From the IMG/VR virus record IMGVR_UViG_3300030524_000003: a stretch of DNA of 64,000 nucleotides. One strand, written 5' to 3'. Source of the DNA: an uncultured virus (IMG/VR IMGVR_UViG_3300030524_000003). Its lineage: Duplodnaviria > Heunggongvirae > Uroviricota > Caudoviricetes. Positions within the stretch are counted from its first letter, which is position 1. Every line of letters begins with the position of its first letter. The notes beneath the pieces were generated by a model. The model was not told where the DNA came from. It was given only the letters and a program-made list of their open reading frames with translations, and searched no databases. A program made the position numbers and the translations under genes. Positions 8,208 through 17,167 of the stretch are shown one piece after another.

Positions 8208-10691
8208 TTAGTAGTTGAATCCAATAGTACAAGACCCTAGACCGGCACTCGCTACCGGAGTTATCGCTGCGGTGATGATTCCGTCCGCTCCGTAGCTGAA
8301 CGGCAGAGCGCCCGTCGCAACGACCGTGGTTCCGGCTGTCGTTGTCCCGTAGATCAAGGTAATACCCATGTTGGTCCTGGTCGCACCCGGAGCCGCAGCG
8401 TAAAAGAAGTTCACCGTTCCATCAGCCGCGCCGACGCCTTGGCTAATACACCGCATCGTGAGGTTCGAGATAGAACCACCCGTGTGCGGGAGCATAAAGC
8501 CTGCGCCGGTAGACGGAGCAGTGGCGCATGCTGGGCCACCACCGAAGTTGAGGAATCCGCCCGTTACTGTTGTGGAGATCGCTCCGGTGCAGTAGCCAGA
8601 CTCCCAGCGTGCTGTCGCCGCGCCAGTAGAGCCCGCCACTACGTTGCCGTTAGTATCCGTGCCTAGCAACGGCTGGTTGAGCAGGTTCGGAAAGAAGAGG
8701 TTTCCCACGCCGAGATTCACGGCATAGTCACGGTTCATATTCGTTCCCATGTTCGTGCACGTCTGGTCGTTGCCGTAGACGGAGACCAGCGCTGGCCAAC
8801 CTGACGCGCCTGGAGCCACAGGCCCGGCACCCGCTACAGTGAACTCCTGATAGTCAGGTGATGCCGCGTTTCCAGGGCATAGCTGGTTGTTTGCTGCGAT
8901 GTTGGCGGCGTACGCCGTCGTTGGGAATTGCCAGATAACTCCGCCTGGGAGGTGTTGCCCGCCCACCTGAGTTACCGCGCTCGTGTTGGTGAAGCTGATC
9001 CCCTTGGCCGTCGAGGTATTGTCGATCTTGAAGACGATGCTGGCGATCGTGTCGGCCTCAGTACCCTGATAAGAACCGCCACCTTGAATCTCGATACAGT
9101 TTTGGACCAGGATGCAGTGGATGTGAGTGTAGACCGTGTTGGCTCCAAAGGCCCATGATCCAGTGATACCGGATGCAGCCTCGAGGTGCGTGACGGTCGA
9201 GTCGCTCATGTCAAGTTTTACGCCGTAGGTGACTTGGACCTGCGGGATAACGAAGATGTCCGGAGCCGCGCTACAAGTGCCACCGCTAATTACAGGCACC
9301 GTCGCCACGGCTAAAGTGCTAAAGGTCGGCGTCCCCAGCACCGGTAGAACAGAGCATAACGAGTGTGGGTCGTTCACCCCCGCCTTAGCCACCGCCTGCT
9401 GGCCAGTGCTATAGCTGCCGCCCGCGCCCACGGTAATGCTTGCCACGGACGTGCCCGACATTACGGCGGTCAGGGTAGCGAAAGTAGTTGGGTTGATGCC
9501 GTATGGCGGCTGAATGCTCAGCGTGTCGATGTCGACATCTTCAGCGAAGACCGAGGCGCTGTGATTACCAATCTGGACGTAGTGGTCGAGTCCGGAGGTC
9601 GCTGTCGGCAGAACGTTCTGGCAGGCAATATGCGAAATCTGTCCACCCGCAGCGACGCCAGCCAGATAGTCAATGCACGAACCAGCGTTATTATTGGCAT
9701 CAAAGGTAATATCGCGCAGGATGAAGTACGCCCCCGTGGTGCCCAACTTTGTAATCATCGGCGAGGTCGGAATCGAGCAGGTCTGCCGAATGAACGTAGC
9801 ACTCATCCCGGCACCGTAAATGTCCACACCCCAAAAGCCACCCGTCGGCTGAGACCACTCATTGCACTTTGTATATCCATTGAGTGCGCCAAACATGAGT
9901 GCGGTTGTATTGCTGGTGCTGTTCGAGAGATTGAGCGCCCCGAGCCAGGCGCAGTCAGCCTGGACTGTGCCTCCGGTGCAGGTTCCACCAAAGCCATCAG
10001 CCCAGATGCGGTGCGCCATATAGTTTGGGTTGAAGTAGGTTCCAGACGATTGCGTCATGTTCTGCGTGCTTGCCGACGCGAGTAGTACCGATCCGCCACC
10101 GCCCGTGATTGAAGCGCATCCGGTGGCATTCCAGTTTATGTCGACGCCCGTAGGCGCCATGCCGGTCGCGCACGATGTTCCAGCCGCCGCCGCCGCCGTG
10201 GCTGTCGCCGCGTTTCCCGATATAGAATTTGTCAGCGTTCCGGCGCCAGCAATATAACTCGCCGTTGGAGTCGGGAGTTGGCTGATGATAAGCGTGCCGT
10301 CGATCTGCGAGAAGTTGTAGTCGCCATTCTCTGCGATGACAGCGCCCGCACGCCCGAAGACCGTAGCCACCCCTCCAGCCGGAGTGCTGCACGCGCCATT
10401 GAATGCCAGGTAGCCCGATGTACATCCAGACCACAACGCGACGATATCAGACGCCACACCCACGCGAGTCGTCAGGGTGCCCGTACGGAAGACTATCCCA
10501 TTCGTACCCGGAAGCAGGCTGTTGAATGTCGTATTTAACGTAATGAAGTTGTTGTTGAGGAGAGTGCCCCAGCTAGGCGTGCCCTGTGTGGGGGTATTCA
10601 AGTTGAGCGGCCCGCCAGTCGTCTGAGCCGAAACGAACCCAGCCAGCATCGCCATTGCGAACAGAATTCCGAGTTGAACAACCCTCTTCAT
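8208..10691 (-). CDS. Tail fibre/spike-like protein with a Sec signal peptide
   Basis: MKRVVQLGILFAMAMLAGFVSA-Q; VATVFGRAGAV..ENGDY fibre repeat; IYGAGMSATFI/ITFDAN beta-helix motif. Confidence 0.7.
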   Translation of the reverse strand: MKRVVQLGILFAMAMLAGFVSAQTTGGPLNLNTPTQGTPSWGTLLNNNFITLNTTFNSLLPGTNGIVFRTGTLTTRVGVASDIVALWSGCTSGYLAFNGACSTPAGGVATVFGRAGAVIAENGDYNFSQIDGTLIISQLPTPTASYIAGAGTLTNSISGNAATATAAAAAGTSCATGMAPTGVDINWNATGCASITGGGGSVLLASASTQNMTQSSGTYFNPNYMAHRIWADGFGGTCTGGTVQADCAWLGALNLSNSTSNTTALMFGALNGYTKCNEWSQPTGGFWGVDIYGAGMSATFIRQTCSIPTSPMITKLGTTGAYFILRDITFDANNNAGSCIDYLAGVAAGGQISHIACQNVLPTATSGLDHYVQIGNHSASVFAEDVDIDTLSIQPPYGINPTTFATLTAVMSGTSVASITVGAGGSYSTGQQAVAKAGVNDPHSLCSVLPVLGTPTFSTLAVATVPVISGGTCSAAPDIFVIPQVQVTYGVKLDMSDSTVTHLEAASGITGSWAFGANTVYTHIHCILVQNCIEIQGGGSYQGTEADTIASIVFKIDNTSTAKGISFTNTSAVTQVGGQHLPGGVIWQFPTTAYAANIAANNQLCPGNAASPDYQEFTVAGAGPVAPGASGWPALVSVYGNDQTCTNMGTNMNRDYAVNLGVGNLFFPNLLNQPLLGTDTNGNVVAGSTGAATARWESGYCTGAISTTVTGGFLNFGGGPACATAPSTGAGFMLPHTGGSISNLTMRCISQGVGAADGTVNFFYAAAPGATRTNMGITLIYGTTTAGTTVVATGALPFSYGADGIITAAITPVASAGLGSCTIGFNY

Positions 10692-10700
10692 GGCAGGCTC

Positions 10701-13700
10701 CTAATTTGCTGAGCAAACGAAATCGTAGGTCATCGAAGCGGTTGCTACATGTGTGAGCGTGATCGAATTGGTAGCCTTCGCCGAAATATAGCTTGTCGCA
10801 ATGTTAGTGGCCGCGCCCGCGTTAGTTGCAGCCATCGAGCAGTGTCCGCCTGACGTCATACCCGTAATCGTGATGGTGTCGGAAGTTGCCGCCGTGGTGA
10901 CCACCGAGCCCACCAGAATGCCAGCCGCAGGGCAGTTCGTGCCATTAGCAAGACATACCTGCTGGCTGTTGATCGTGCTCGAAGCATCCAGCGCCGTTGG
11001 CCCCCCGGTAAGAGTGAAGCTATTTAGGTTCTGCGTGAACGTGCTTTGAGCCGATGTTGTCTGATTTGTAATCTGCTGAAAGCAGGTGTTGAGTGCGCAC
11101 TTGCTTTCCTCAAAGTAGTTCTGTCCGCTTACAGGTCCACCCTGCTGAAGATCCGTTGTCCCCAGCCCAAGAGTCCAAACGCTATCGGCAGAGCCGCTAG
11201 CGGCGTTGTTCTCAATCGTCACGGTCGTCGCGGACTGCTGAATGATCGAGAACCCGTTCGTTGCGGTTCCGCCGCCAATAACTGATTGCCACAAATCTTG
11301 GCCGGGAATTACGCGCTGCTCATACCCGCCCATCGCAGAATCGAACGTCCAGTCCCACAGGAAAGCTCCGAGATACTGCTGGTTCTCGCAGTTCGCATAC
11401 GCTCCGCAACCATGCATCGAGAAAAGTTGAGCGTTCGATACGGGAGACCCGTCATCTCGAATCCAGAACTGAAACAGTCCACCATCACCTTCGAGCGAGA
11501 TGATAGTTCCGTTTACATTGCGCGTTCCGCCTCCACCTGCAAGCCACGACTGCGGAATATTGCCAAGCCCGTACTGCATGAAGGTCATGCCATCGGGCGG
11601 AACTCCCACAACAACCCAGGCGTCGTTGACGAAGCGGTCTGAAGCGGAGGCTGGAGTCTGGAAGCCGACCAGCGTGTTGTGGGTGAAGAGGCCGACTTCG
11701 CCACCCGGCTGCGCCTCGATCGCGTCGTTAGTTGTAATGGTGTAGTTATTTGCTTCAGTCACCACTCCGGTCTGCGCGAACGTTGTAGGATTCTCGGCCT
11801 GGACGATCACTGGCGCGGGCATCATCTGCACCGCATTGGCTGGCAGGCCATTCTGCGAGATAAGAGCGATCGGGTTGCAGCCTGTGGTCGACCCGCCCGA
11901 CCCGGTGTTCGCCCAGGTGAGGGTGGTGGCTCCCTGTGTGATCGGCCCAAAGGTTCCGTTGTAGCTCGAGTCCGAGCATCCCGAGACAAGGATGTTGTCG
12001 CCGTTGACGGGGATAAAGTTGTCGCCAGTCGTGTTCAGTGTAACCACATTCGCCGATCGAGTCAGCGTTGGCGCGGGGATTGGACCCGAGGGATAAACTG
12101 CACCGTTCTGAATCGAGTCCCAGCCACCAGAAGCGATAACTAGCGAGTAGTCGATTACGTGCGAACTCGGAACACCAATAACCTTCGCCATGTAGCGCAC
12201 CGGGCACGGAGCCAGCCCTGTCGGAGTTGTCGGGCAGTCCGCAGTGGTTGGTACATAGCCAAAGGTTTGATTGGCCAGCAACTCCAAGCCTTTACATGCG
12301 TTTGGCCCCTGGGTGACGATGCCCGTCTTTGGTGTTCCCGAGATACTAAGGTTGTACGAGTGTCGCAGCGCCAGCACTACCGTCTGAGTGATATTCGGCG
12401 AAGTCCCAGAGGGTGAGCCAGCCGATACCACCTCAGCCTCTTCGTTGTACTGCGAGTCGTTCACGCAGGCTGTCGGGAAGGTTGAATTTTTGACAATCGC
12501 CGCGGTCAGGTTAGTCAGGTTGATCGTTTCGTTTGTCGTCGCGCCGATATACTGCAGCGGTGTATTGATCGTCTCGACAAACGAGCCAAACGTGTCGGTC
12601 GAGAGCGTCTCAAGCACTGTCGCCTGGCCTGGATTCGATGCACCACCCACGTAAGGATTCACGATCGTGGTCATGTGCAGAACCGCGCCAGCCTGAAACG
12701 GCAGGGTTAGGTAGTTGCCCTCGCCGGGAAGCGTGCCCGAGATGTTCTGCAGCGGAAGGTTGGTCGCCCCCTGGCCGGGATTCGCTGTCGCATTGAACAC
12801 CGCAGGGAAGGTCGCCTGGGTGTATTGCGTGCGGGTAACCTCGTGGCACTCGTCCGAAGGCACCTTGCATGATCCCGAGAAGATTCCAGCGAGATTCATG
12901 ATCTGCTTATCGCCGTCGCCGTAACTGAAGAGGTTGATACTGAGGCCAGATCCGATGCCCGAAGCCTGAGTAACCATAAAGAGGTTCGCAAGCGCATGGA
13001 CCGTCTGGTCGCCGTCAAAGTTTTCCTCATTCTTTCCACAGCAGTGAATCACCAGATAGGTCTCGGCGTAGCTCCACTGTCCACCCGCGCCAGACTGCTG
13101 CGGCGTGTTGTCCTGCAGGAACATGTCGTAAACGTTGGGGTAATTCGGTGTTGGGTTGTAGTACACCGACCCAATGGACCCTGGACGGCGATCCTGGAGA
13201 TAGGTATTGGCTCCAATGGCCGGCGGAAGTTGCTCGATTCCGTTGGTGCCGAACGGCGTTCTCCAGTAAGCTGCGGTTTCGTATGAGTACGTGACGGTGC
13301 CTGAAGCTACCGACCACGGAGTCGTCAAGGTCGCGTGGGTCGTGTCGGTGACCGAGGCGATATTCTGACACGTCCCCCCAGAGATACAAATTGGAAAGCC
13401 CACGTTACCGGGAAGGAAGTCCGTACCCGTGCCAACGATTGCCGTCGATCCATTGGTGACCGTCACGGTTCCGGGGCCCTGAGACGCCGGCCACTCTATG
13501 CCGGGGTAGTTCGGGTCGGCAGAGCCTACCGTCGAGCCAGCCTGAAGCTCGGCAACGATGCCCGTGTTGGAGTTTGTGGTCGGCTGGTTGAGAAATGCCG
13601 ACGGCATCGCGTTGGTCGACTTGTCGATGAAGTCGCCATTTGCATTGAGAAGAGAGGCTCCGCCGCCGAAGGTGCTTGCATCCTGCTGAAACTGGGTGCT

Positions 13701-14126
13701 GTGGAACACGCCGCCTGGGTTTCCACCGCCACCCCCTCCGCCGCCAACCGTCGCCGAGGCCACATAGCTGTAGGTTCCCGATCCAGTGACCGTAAACTGC
13801 AAAATGTAGTATCCGGCACTAACAAAGATGTTGTAGTTGCCTCGGCTGTCGGTTGTTATCGGGTTCGAAATGACATGCGTGAGCGCCGGGTCGGAGTAGA
13901 TGGTGGATAGCGGGCTGCATGGAGTTCCACCACCGGTCTGAGCGCAGACGCGGAGCTGCGAAAACGGCGCTGGCTTGCCGGTCTGGTCGACGATCTGGCC
14001 ATAAACGGAAAATCCGGTCAGGGTTTGAGCGTTAGCACTCAACGTCAGCAGAAGCAGGATTATTACGCCGAGAATTCCTGCGGCAGTTCTGGCACCAAAG
14101 CGAATTGCGTGGCTGGTTGCTCTCAT
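10701..14126 (-). CDS. Large tail fibre/spike-like protein with a Sec signal peptide
   Basis: ...GILGVIILLLLTLSANA-Q; IYSDPALT..ISNPITTDSRGNY head-binding-like motif; poly-Gly linker; GTVTVTNGSTAIVGTGTDF module. Confidence 0.7.
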   Translation of the reverse strand: MRATSHAIRFGARTAAGILGVIILLLLTLSANAQTLTGFSVYGQIVDQTGKPAPFSQLRVCAQTGGGTPCSPLSTIYSDPALTHVISNPITTDSRGNYNIFVSAGYYILQFTVTGSGTYSYVASATVGGGGGGGGNPGGVFHSTQFQQDASTFGGGASLLNANGDFIDKSTNAMPSAFLNQPTTNSNTGIVAELQAGSTVGSADPNYPGIEWPASQGPGTVTVTNGSTAIVGTGTDFLPGNVGFPICISGGTCQNIASVTDTTHATLTTPWSVASGTVTYSYETAAYWRTPFGTNGIEQLPPAIGANTYLQDRRPGSIGSVYYNPTPNYPNVYDMFLQDNTPQQSGAGGQWSYAETYLVIHCCGKNEENFDGDQTVHALANLFMVTQASGIGSGLSINLFSYGDGDKQIMNLAGIFSGSCKVPSDECHEVTRTQYTQATFPAVFNATANPGQGATNLPLQNISGTLPGEGNYLTLPFQAGAVLHMTTIVNPYVGGASNPGQATVLETLSTDTFGSFVETINTPLQYIGATTNETINLTNLTAAIVKNSTFPTACVNDSQYNEEAEVVSAGSPSGTSPNITQTVVLALRHSYNLSISGTPKTGIVTQGPNACKGLELLANQTFGYVPTTADCPTTPTGLAPCPVRYMAKVIGVPSSHVIDYSLVIASGGWDSIQNGAVYPSGPIPAPTLTRSANVVTLNTTGDNFIPVNGDNILVSGCSDSSYNGTFGPITQGATTLTWANTGSGGSTTGCNPIALISQNGLPANAVQMMPAPVIVQAENPTTFAQTGVVTEANNYTITTNDAIEAQPGGEVGLFTHNTLVGFQTPASASDRFVNDAWVVVGVPPDGMTFMQYGLGNIPQSWLAGGGGTRNVNGTIISLEGDGGLFQFWIRDDGSPVSNAQLFSMHGCGAYANCENQQYLGAFLWDWTFDSAMGGYEQRVIPGQDLWQSVIGGGTATNGFSIIQQSATTVTIENNAASGSADSVWTLGLGTTDLQQGGPVSGQNYFEESKCALNTCFQQITNQTTSAQSTFTQNLNSFTLTGGPTALDASSTINSQQVCLANGTNCPAAGILVGSVVTTAATSDTITITGMTSGGHCSMAATNAGAATNIATSYISAKATNSITLTHVATASMTYDFVCSAN

Positions 14127-14355
14127 CGAAGATCCGTTCATCCGAGGTGTCCCCCAACTGCCCTTCCGTAGATGAAACCGGCCCGCCGCAAGGTCCCGCA
14201 CACATACCCCCCTGACGTGCCCAGAGAACTCCCTTTCGCCGGCGGATCTCCGCTCGTCCAGCCGGGTTGGAAAGGCAGGTCTCGTGTCCATCGTTATGTT
14301 TCCTCGTCGACGTCTGTTGCTTCGGTCTCACGAACCTCTTGGCTGCTGCTCGCAC
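14032..14355 (-). CDS. Small HNH-like/Zn-finger protein overlapping both neighbours
   Basis: RRRK.VLWARQGGMCAGPCGG ... LWCQNC Cys pattern resembling phage HNH proteins. Confidence 0.45.
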   Translation of the reverse strand: MRAAAKRFVRPKQQTSTRKHNDGHETCLSNPAGRAEIRRRKGVLWARQGGMCAGPCGGPVSSTEGQLGDTSDERIFDESNQPRNSLWCQNCRRNSRRNNPASADVEC

Positions 14356-15085
14356 GTAGGCTCCTCCGTATGTCCCTGAGCTTTAGAGCAAGTTTTATCC
14401 GCAAGTCTGCAGGGACGTACTCGCGGGATAGTTGATGGGCTAACATGTGGAGCTCGGCGCATGCCCGGTCGATCACCGCCACGTCCGTCATGCGGTCAAA
14501 CCGGTCGGCAACCAGCATTTCGAGCGCGTGGCCCGGTGTTGCCAGCCCTTCACGGCTCATAAACGAGTCGACCATCTCCTCAATCGCATTTTTCGCGGTG
14601 TAGGGCACCTTCCAGCGAACGTACGTCATTGGCTCCCGCTCAATGCCGGCCGTCTGGTTCCGCATGACGATGTTTTCGGCAAACTCGTCCGAGGTCAGCC
14701 GCTTGGCTTCCGCCACCCACGGGTAGTCTGCCCAGATCGCATGGTCTACGGTGATAAGTAACTCAGCGTTGCCCACCGTAATCTGCTGAAGGTCGTCAAA
14801 TGTGAGATTGTAGAGCGCTTCGCCGATGCGCAGGTATTTGTACCATGTTGATTGCGGGATGCCGAGATACTTCCGGCAGGTATCCTCGTCGGCGAAGCCA
14901 AGTTCGTTCCAGCCGTCGGCTTCACGTACCCGGCAGCCCCAATACGCAATTAGCATCAGGCTTGTTTTTAGATACTTCGCAGCCGTCTGCAGGTGCGCAA
15001 ACATCTTCTGCACGTCCGGTCGGGGAGACAGGATTTCGGGGGAATTAGTAATCTCGCAGGTGGTTACCAGTGTGCCCATTCGCAC
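14294..15085 (-). CDS. Hypothetical DNA-binding-like phage protein
   Basis: 263-aa ORF; GW.ELGF...CRKYLGIPQSTWYKYLRI helix-turn-helix-like segment. Confidence 0.65.
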   Translation of the reverse strand: MRMGTLVTTCEITNSPEILSPRPDVQKMFAHLQTAAKYLKTSLMLIAYWGCRVREADGWNELGFADEDTCRKYLGIPQSTWYKYLRIGEALYNLTFDDLQQITVGNAELLITVDHAIWADYPWVAEAKRLTSDEFAENIVMRNQTAGIEREPMTYVRWKVPYTAKNAIEEMVDSFMSREGLATPGHALEMLVADRFDRMTDVAVIDRACAELHMLAHQLSREYVPADLRIKLALKLRDIRRSLRASSSQEVRETEATDVDEET

Positions 15086-15131
15086 ATCTTAGCGAGGAAT
15101 GCAAGCGGTTGCCACGCCTAAGCGGACTATT

Positions 15132-15752
15132 TTAGTTGAGGGTTCCCCACTGGTCGGCCATCGCCGCGGCAGGTCCAGGGTATGTCTCTGCGCGAGCCGC
15201 TCGGCGGTCTTCCGGGTCCTTAGTTGGCCCTAAACGATTCTGCCCGCTGTCAGTTTGGTTCGCCCAACGCGGCTTTCCGTTGACCATCCGGGGGGGGCAA
15301 TAGCGGGTTGGGAGCAGGATGGGGAGTAGCTGGAGCCAGAGGCATGTGAACTTGCTGGCGTCATCGCCAAACCAGTTCGGTTGAAATATCTGATCGGGCT
15401 TTCTCCATCGGGTGCTCATTATGCCGATGGGATTCTCGATCGCCACGCGCCCACTGTAGCGGGTGCAGAGCATGAAGTCGGCTACCGCCTGCTCTCGGTC
15501 TTCAACGGTCCTCTGACCCGGCTTTCCAGTCCAGTGCTGGCCTGAAACCGTAAGACGTCGACAAACGGGATGAAGAATTATTAGGTCCGGAGTCCAAGGC
15601 AGGCGCCTCAGCGTCTCGTGAACCTCCCCTTGGATGTGTCGTGAGGGGTTTAGCCGCCCCGGTTTGAAGTCGCAGGACCAAGAGTTATGGCCGCGCCCCT
15701 CGAAGGCTCGCTGGATGACCTGCGACTCCTCCATACCGATGAAGACATTCAT
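15132..15752 (-). CDS. Phage DNA cytosine methyltransferase-like protein
   Basis: MEESQVIQRAF..RGH.SWSCD, HIQG, DLIILHPVC, AIENPIG, RWANQTDSGQNRL, TYPG.A.AMADQWG. Confidence 0.75.
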   Translation of the reverse strand: MNVFIGMEESQVIQRAFEGRGHNSWSCDFKPGRLNPSRHIQGEVHETLRRLPWTPDLIILHPVCRRLTVSGQHWTGKPGQRTVEDREQAVADFMLCTRYSGRVAIENPIGIMSTRWRKPDQIFQPNWFGDDASKFTCLWLQLLPILLPTRYCPPRMVNGKPRWANQTDSGQNRLGPTKDPEDRRAARAETYPGPAAAMADQWGTLN

Positions 15753-16318
15753 CCCTTGGCAGGCTCGTCATGGTAGAGTTCGCGGAAATTAGCGTACCTC
15801 TGACCCCAAAACATCGGGTACGAGTCCACCAGCGACCCCCAGCCGCCCATCGCCGTCACCGTGCGCGTAACCTCTGGCGGAACCGGAGGAATCGGCACCT
15901 CGACAAACTTCGCGTCCTTCATTGTCGATCGTGGAGCCAGCACCGCCACCCCCTGCTCGTTGTACTTTACGTGCTTGGTCACCAGTTCGGTAACCAGTTC
16001 CCACGCCTTTGCGACTGAAGTTGGCTCCACATACGCTACTCCCGCCAGCCGCCGCATTGTAGCCACGGTTGGTCGACGGTCGCAGCTTTCAATCGCCTTT
16101 TCGACCGTATCGTTGAACCGCTGGAGTCCGATCTCGTTCGCCAGTTCAACCATCAACTTCAGTTGCAGGCGAGCAGCCTCATCACTCATCAACTGACCGG
16201 GAATCATCTCCTTGATGATAAGCAGTCTACCGGCTACCCACGACTCGATGGAGCTGGTCCCTCTCAGATCTATAGCCGTTTTGGGGCTGGCGTTCCCAAG
16301 TGCGGGGGTCGTTGTCAT
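15749..16318 (-). CDS. Putative helicase loader / replication protein
   Basis: AIESCDRRPTVATMR...AWELV...TVTAMGGW pattern; lies downstream of the initiator-like gene. Confidence 0.55.
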   Translation of the reverse strand: MTTTPALGNASPKTAIDLRGTSSIESWVAGRLLIIKEMIPGQLMSDEAARLQLKLMVELANEIGLQRFNDTVEKAIESCDRRPTVATMRRLAGVAYVEPTSVAKAWELVTELVTKHVKYNEQGVAVLAPRSTMKDAKFVEVPIPPVPPEVTRTVTAMGGWGSLVDSYPMFWGQRYANFRELYHDEPAKG

Positions 16319-16889
16319 AGCGTCTCTCCTTGAAGAATTTCATGGGCCCTGGAACATATTGAAGGTCTGCCTCCGGCCATCTTGCCACACACTCGGCAAA
16401 GCGGATGACGCGGATGCGGATATAGCTCGCTGCGGCTTCTCCATGCGTAGAGTGCAAGCATTCAATGCACTCGCTGATGACCCGCAGTAGCGGCATGTAC
16501 GTGTCGAGATTCGAAGGCACCACCTTGATCCCGTTAGGGTAAGCGTTTAGTATCTCGACGCAGTCCGTCAGGTCTTTGGGCACTTCGGTGAGCGCATTCC
16601 GCAAATAGCGTGATTGATTAAACCACGTCGACGGGTACGGAATGTGTCTTGACTCGCGGTTGAACATCATTGATCGAGCTTCGGTGGCCGCGTCGCGAAG
16701 GTAGAAGATTGCCTCCTCTTTCGTGCGCGGTTTTCCGTCGATCTCTCCAGCCACGATGCGGTCGAGCGCCATCTGGATCGAAGCCAGCGCGGTAGCGTGC
16801 TGCTTCTTTCTCGGGTAGGCCTTGTAAATCGTCTCGACTGCGGCGGCTGCCCATCCCTCGGGGGCTGGAAGCAGTTCGCCCTGGGTCAT
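16227..16889 (-). CDS. Replication initiator/replisome-organiser-like protein with two tandem YP(R/N)...P.P.TW domains
   Basis: IYKAYPRKK...IPYPSTWFNQSRY and ILNAYPNG...YVPGPMKFFKERRY. Confidence 0.65.
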   Translation of the reverse strand: MTQGELLPAPEGWAAAAVETIYKAYPRKKQHATALASIQMALDRIVAGEIDGKPRTKEEAIFYLRDAATEARSMMFNRESRHIPYPSTWFNQSRYLRNALTEVPKDLTDCVEILNAYPNGIKVVPSNLDTYMPLLRVISECIECLHSTHGEAAASYIRIRVIRFAECVARWPEADLQYVPGPMKFFKERRYDNDPRTWERQPQNGYRSERDQLHRVVGSR

Positions 16890-17167
16890 AGCTTCTCTAC
16901 CGCTTCCAACTTCTCCATCACGACGGCGACAATGGTTTCGAGGTTGACTGCCTTTTCAGCCTCTTCATCGTCGATCTCGATGTCGAACTCTGTCTCCACT
17001 TGCATGATGAGTTCGATACAGTCGAGGGAATCGCCGCCAAGGTCGTTGACTAGGTGCCCTTTTGGGGTCACCTCGTCTTCGTCGACCAGCAGTTCGTCGG
17101 CGATCAGGGTGCGGATTTTCTCTGTCACTTCCTCTTGTTTGGTCAGTATTTTCTTCGGCATGTTCAT
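16886..17167 (-). CDS. acpP: Acyl carrier protein
   Basis: DLGGDSLDCIELIMQVETEFDIEIDDEEAEK, the phosphopantetheine-attachment motif; acidic 93-aa protein. Confidence 0.9.
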   Translation of the reverse strand: MNMPKKILTKQEEVTEKIRTLIADELLVDEDEVTPKGHLVNDLGGDSLDCIELIMQVETEFDIEIDDEEAEKAVNLETIVAVVMEKLEAVEKL

